This document shows, piece by piece, positions 62,469-64,000 of a stretch of 64,000 nucleotides of DNA. Origin of the DNA: Eledone cirrhosa (taxonomy: Eukaryota); assembly GCA_964016885.1 (NCBI GenBank), contig OZ024742.1:359786001-359850000 (forward strand), in the 5' to 3' direction. Every line of letters begins with the position of its first letter. Position 1 is the stretch's first letter. Under the pieces are notes generated by a model that saw only the letters and a list, made by a program, of their open reading frames with translations, made no database searches and was not told the DNA's origin. Made by a program: the position numbers and the translations under genes.

Positions 62469-63581
62469 CTGAAATAAGGAATAAACTCAGTCAACCATGT
62501 GATATTGTGATGTGCTGTGATGTGATATTGTGAAATTGTGATATGAGATATATATGATGTGATATCACTATATTATGATATTATATGATATGATGATTTG
62601 ATGATGAAATGATATAATATGATACTATATATGATATTATATTATGATATTGTAATATATGTTGTGATATTATTATATTCAATCATTAGAAGATCAAAGT
62701 CTTTATAAGCACTCCTCTCTTCAGTTAATTAACTTCCATCTCACTGCAAATGTAGGAATGTTGCCATTTATAGTCCTTTAAAAACAAGAATATTTTGCAT
62801 TTTTTAAACTCTCCCCAGAAAATTCAGTTCAATAGATGTATTTAAAAAATAAGGAACCTTTTCATTACCATATTTCTAGTGAAAACACTGGCTATGATTT
62901 ACAAATAATATTTTAAATAATAAAAAATTCAAAGGAAATTTTATCATTATTAAGCTTGTTTGGAACATAACTTAAAGATTCTTATATAAAATTATGATAA
63001 AAGCCTTTTAGATAAATGTTAACATTTTAAAATAAACAGTAATTTATCATAGAACCATGGGTTGTTTCAGGTTGTTTGGTATCACAAAGTTCATAATACA
63101 TTTACACAATCTGTTGTGAGTCAGGCAGATGGTGACCTTTGAAAAGATTTTTAAAGAAATAGAAACTTATGTCCAACCAAGTATCCTACACTTCCAACTA
63201 ACTTACCCTCCACCTCTGGGTCCTGGATGACAGGATAGAGAATACATTACCCCAGAGGTCAGCAAGAAATGTCCTGGATCAGACACTCCACCTCACAGGG
63301 TCTCACACCTGTGTGCAGCCAATTCGGCTCCAATAGCAGTAAGTAGGGATGTAGTCTCGGGGCCAAGAATGCTAGAAGTCTCCATTGCTACGGACTCTAC
63401 CACAAACCTATCACTGTATCAGTAGAAGAGGAGCAGATGTGAAAGTAGGACAAGTTGATGGCTACATTTGATGCATCGCATTAGAGTTATACCTATCTTC
63501 ATAAGCTGAAGAAACTTCCAGTTAGTATCTAGCCATTGTGACTTCCCTGGCTGCAGAAAATACTTTTTCTGCTCCATTTAA

Positions 63582-63799
63582 CCATTTAGCATTTACATTG
63601 TTCTATATATATTATTGTATTTTCATGGTAAAGACTTTATCTTACACAAAATCTCACAATGTCGAATCTATCAGATTTGGATATTATCAATGTAGAGAAC
63701 AATACCTTAACATCAGTATGAGTTGCCAGTTATGGCCCATTTGAAGAGAAAGAGGTGAGAGAATTTGGACCAGATATGGCTGGTTTAAATGCTAAAGGG
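63582..63799. mobile_element. TTAA-flanked MITE (piggyBac-like)
   Basis: TTAA|ccatttagcattta ... taaatgctaaaggg|TTAA, 14-bp TIR with one mismatch. Confidence 0.7.
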
Positions 63800-64000
63800 T
63801 TAAACAACTAAGAATTGAAAGTAATTTTTTACTTTTATAATAGTTTTGCAAAACGAAACAAATTTACAGTAAAACACTAAATGTTCCTATGAAGAGATGA
63901 TGTCTGAATGAGAATCCTCCATCTTCAACTAACTTACCCCCATCCCCACTCCTGGGTCCCAGCCAACAGGATGGAGAATATATTGGCCCAGAGGATGGTG

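Overview
AT-rich, microsatellite-dense animal genomic DNA. The SINE/MITE repertoire looks like a cephalopod (Octopus-like) genome; that assignment is from recall and is unverified. (1) The window is dominated by two head-to-tail clusters (9.0-21.7 kb and 27.8-40.3 kb) of nine copies or fragments of a Tx1/L1-group non-LTR retrotransposon (ORF1 with a CCHC knuckle; ORF2 APE endonuclease + RT + C-terminal Zn finger). All lie on the minus strand and are separated by (GATA)n runs, i.e. an apparently (TATC)n/(GATA)n-targeting LINE. (2) The full-length copies carry conserved spliceosomal signals: a short GTAAGT..CTAAC..TAG intron in the 5' UTR, and a second donor (AG|GTAAGT) at the end of ORF1 paired with an acceptor-like site that coincides exactly with the ORF2 stop codon. 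This suggests all of ORF2 is an intron that is removed to make an ORF1-only mRNA; this is inference and needs RNA data. (3) Two (TA)n-rich zones (1-8 kb, 44-51 kb) hold Penelope-like element ends with long inverted repeats and many minimal hammerhead ribozymes, including U3-A8 covariant cores. (4) Other repeats: a Helitron whose single 57-bp unit has expanded to about 25 copies in a sister copy, a Gypsy LTR/integrase remnant, RTE, CR1-like and Vingi-like LINE relics, mariner and TTAA MITEs, and many tRNA-derived SINEs. (5) The only recognisable host gene is the 3' part of TCTE1/DRC5 (two minus-strand exons, 61447-62468 and 55658-55825).
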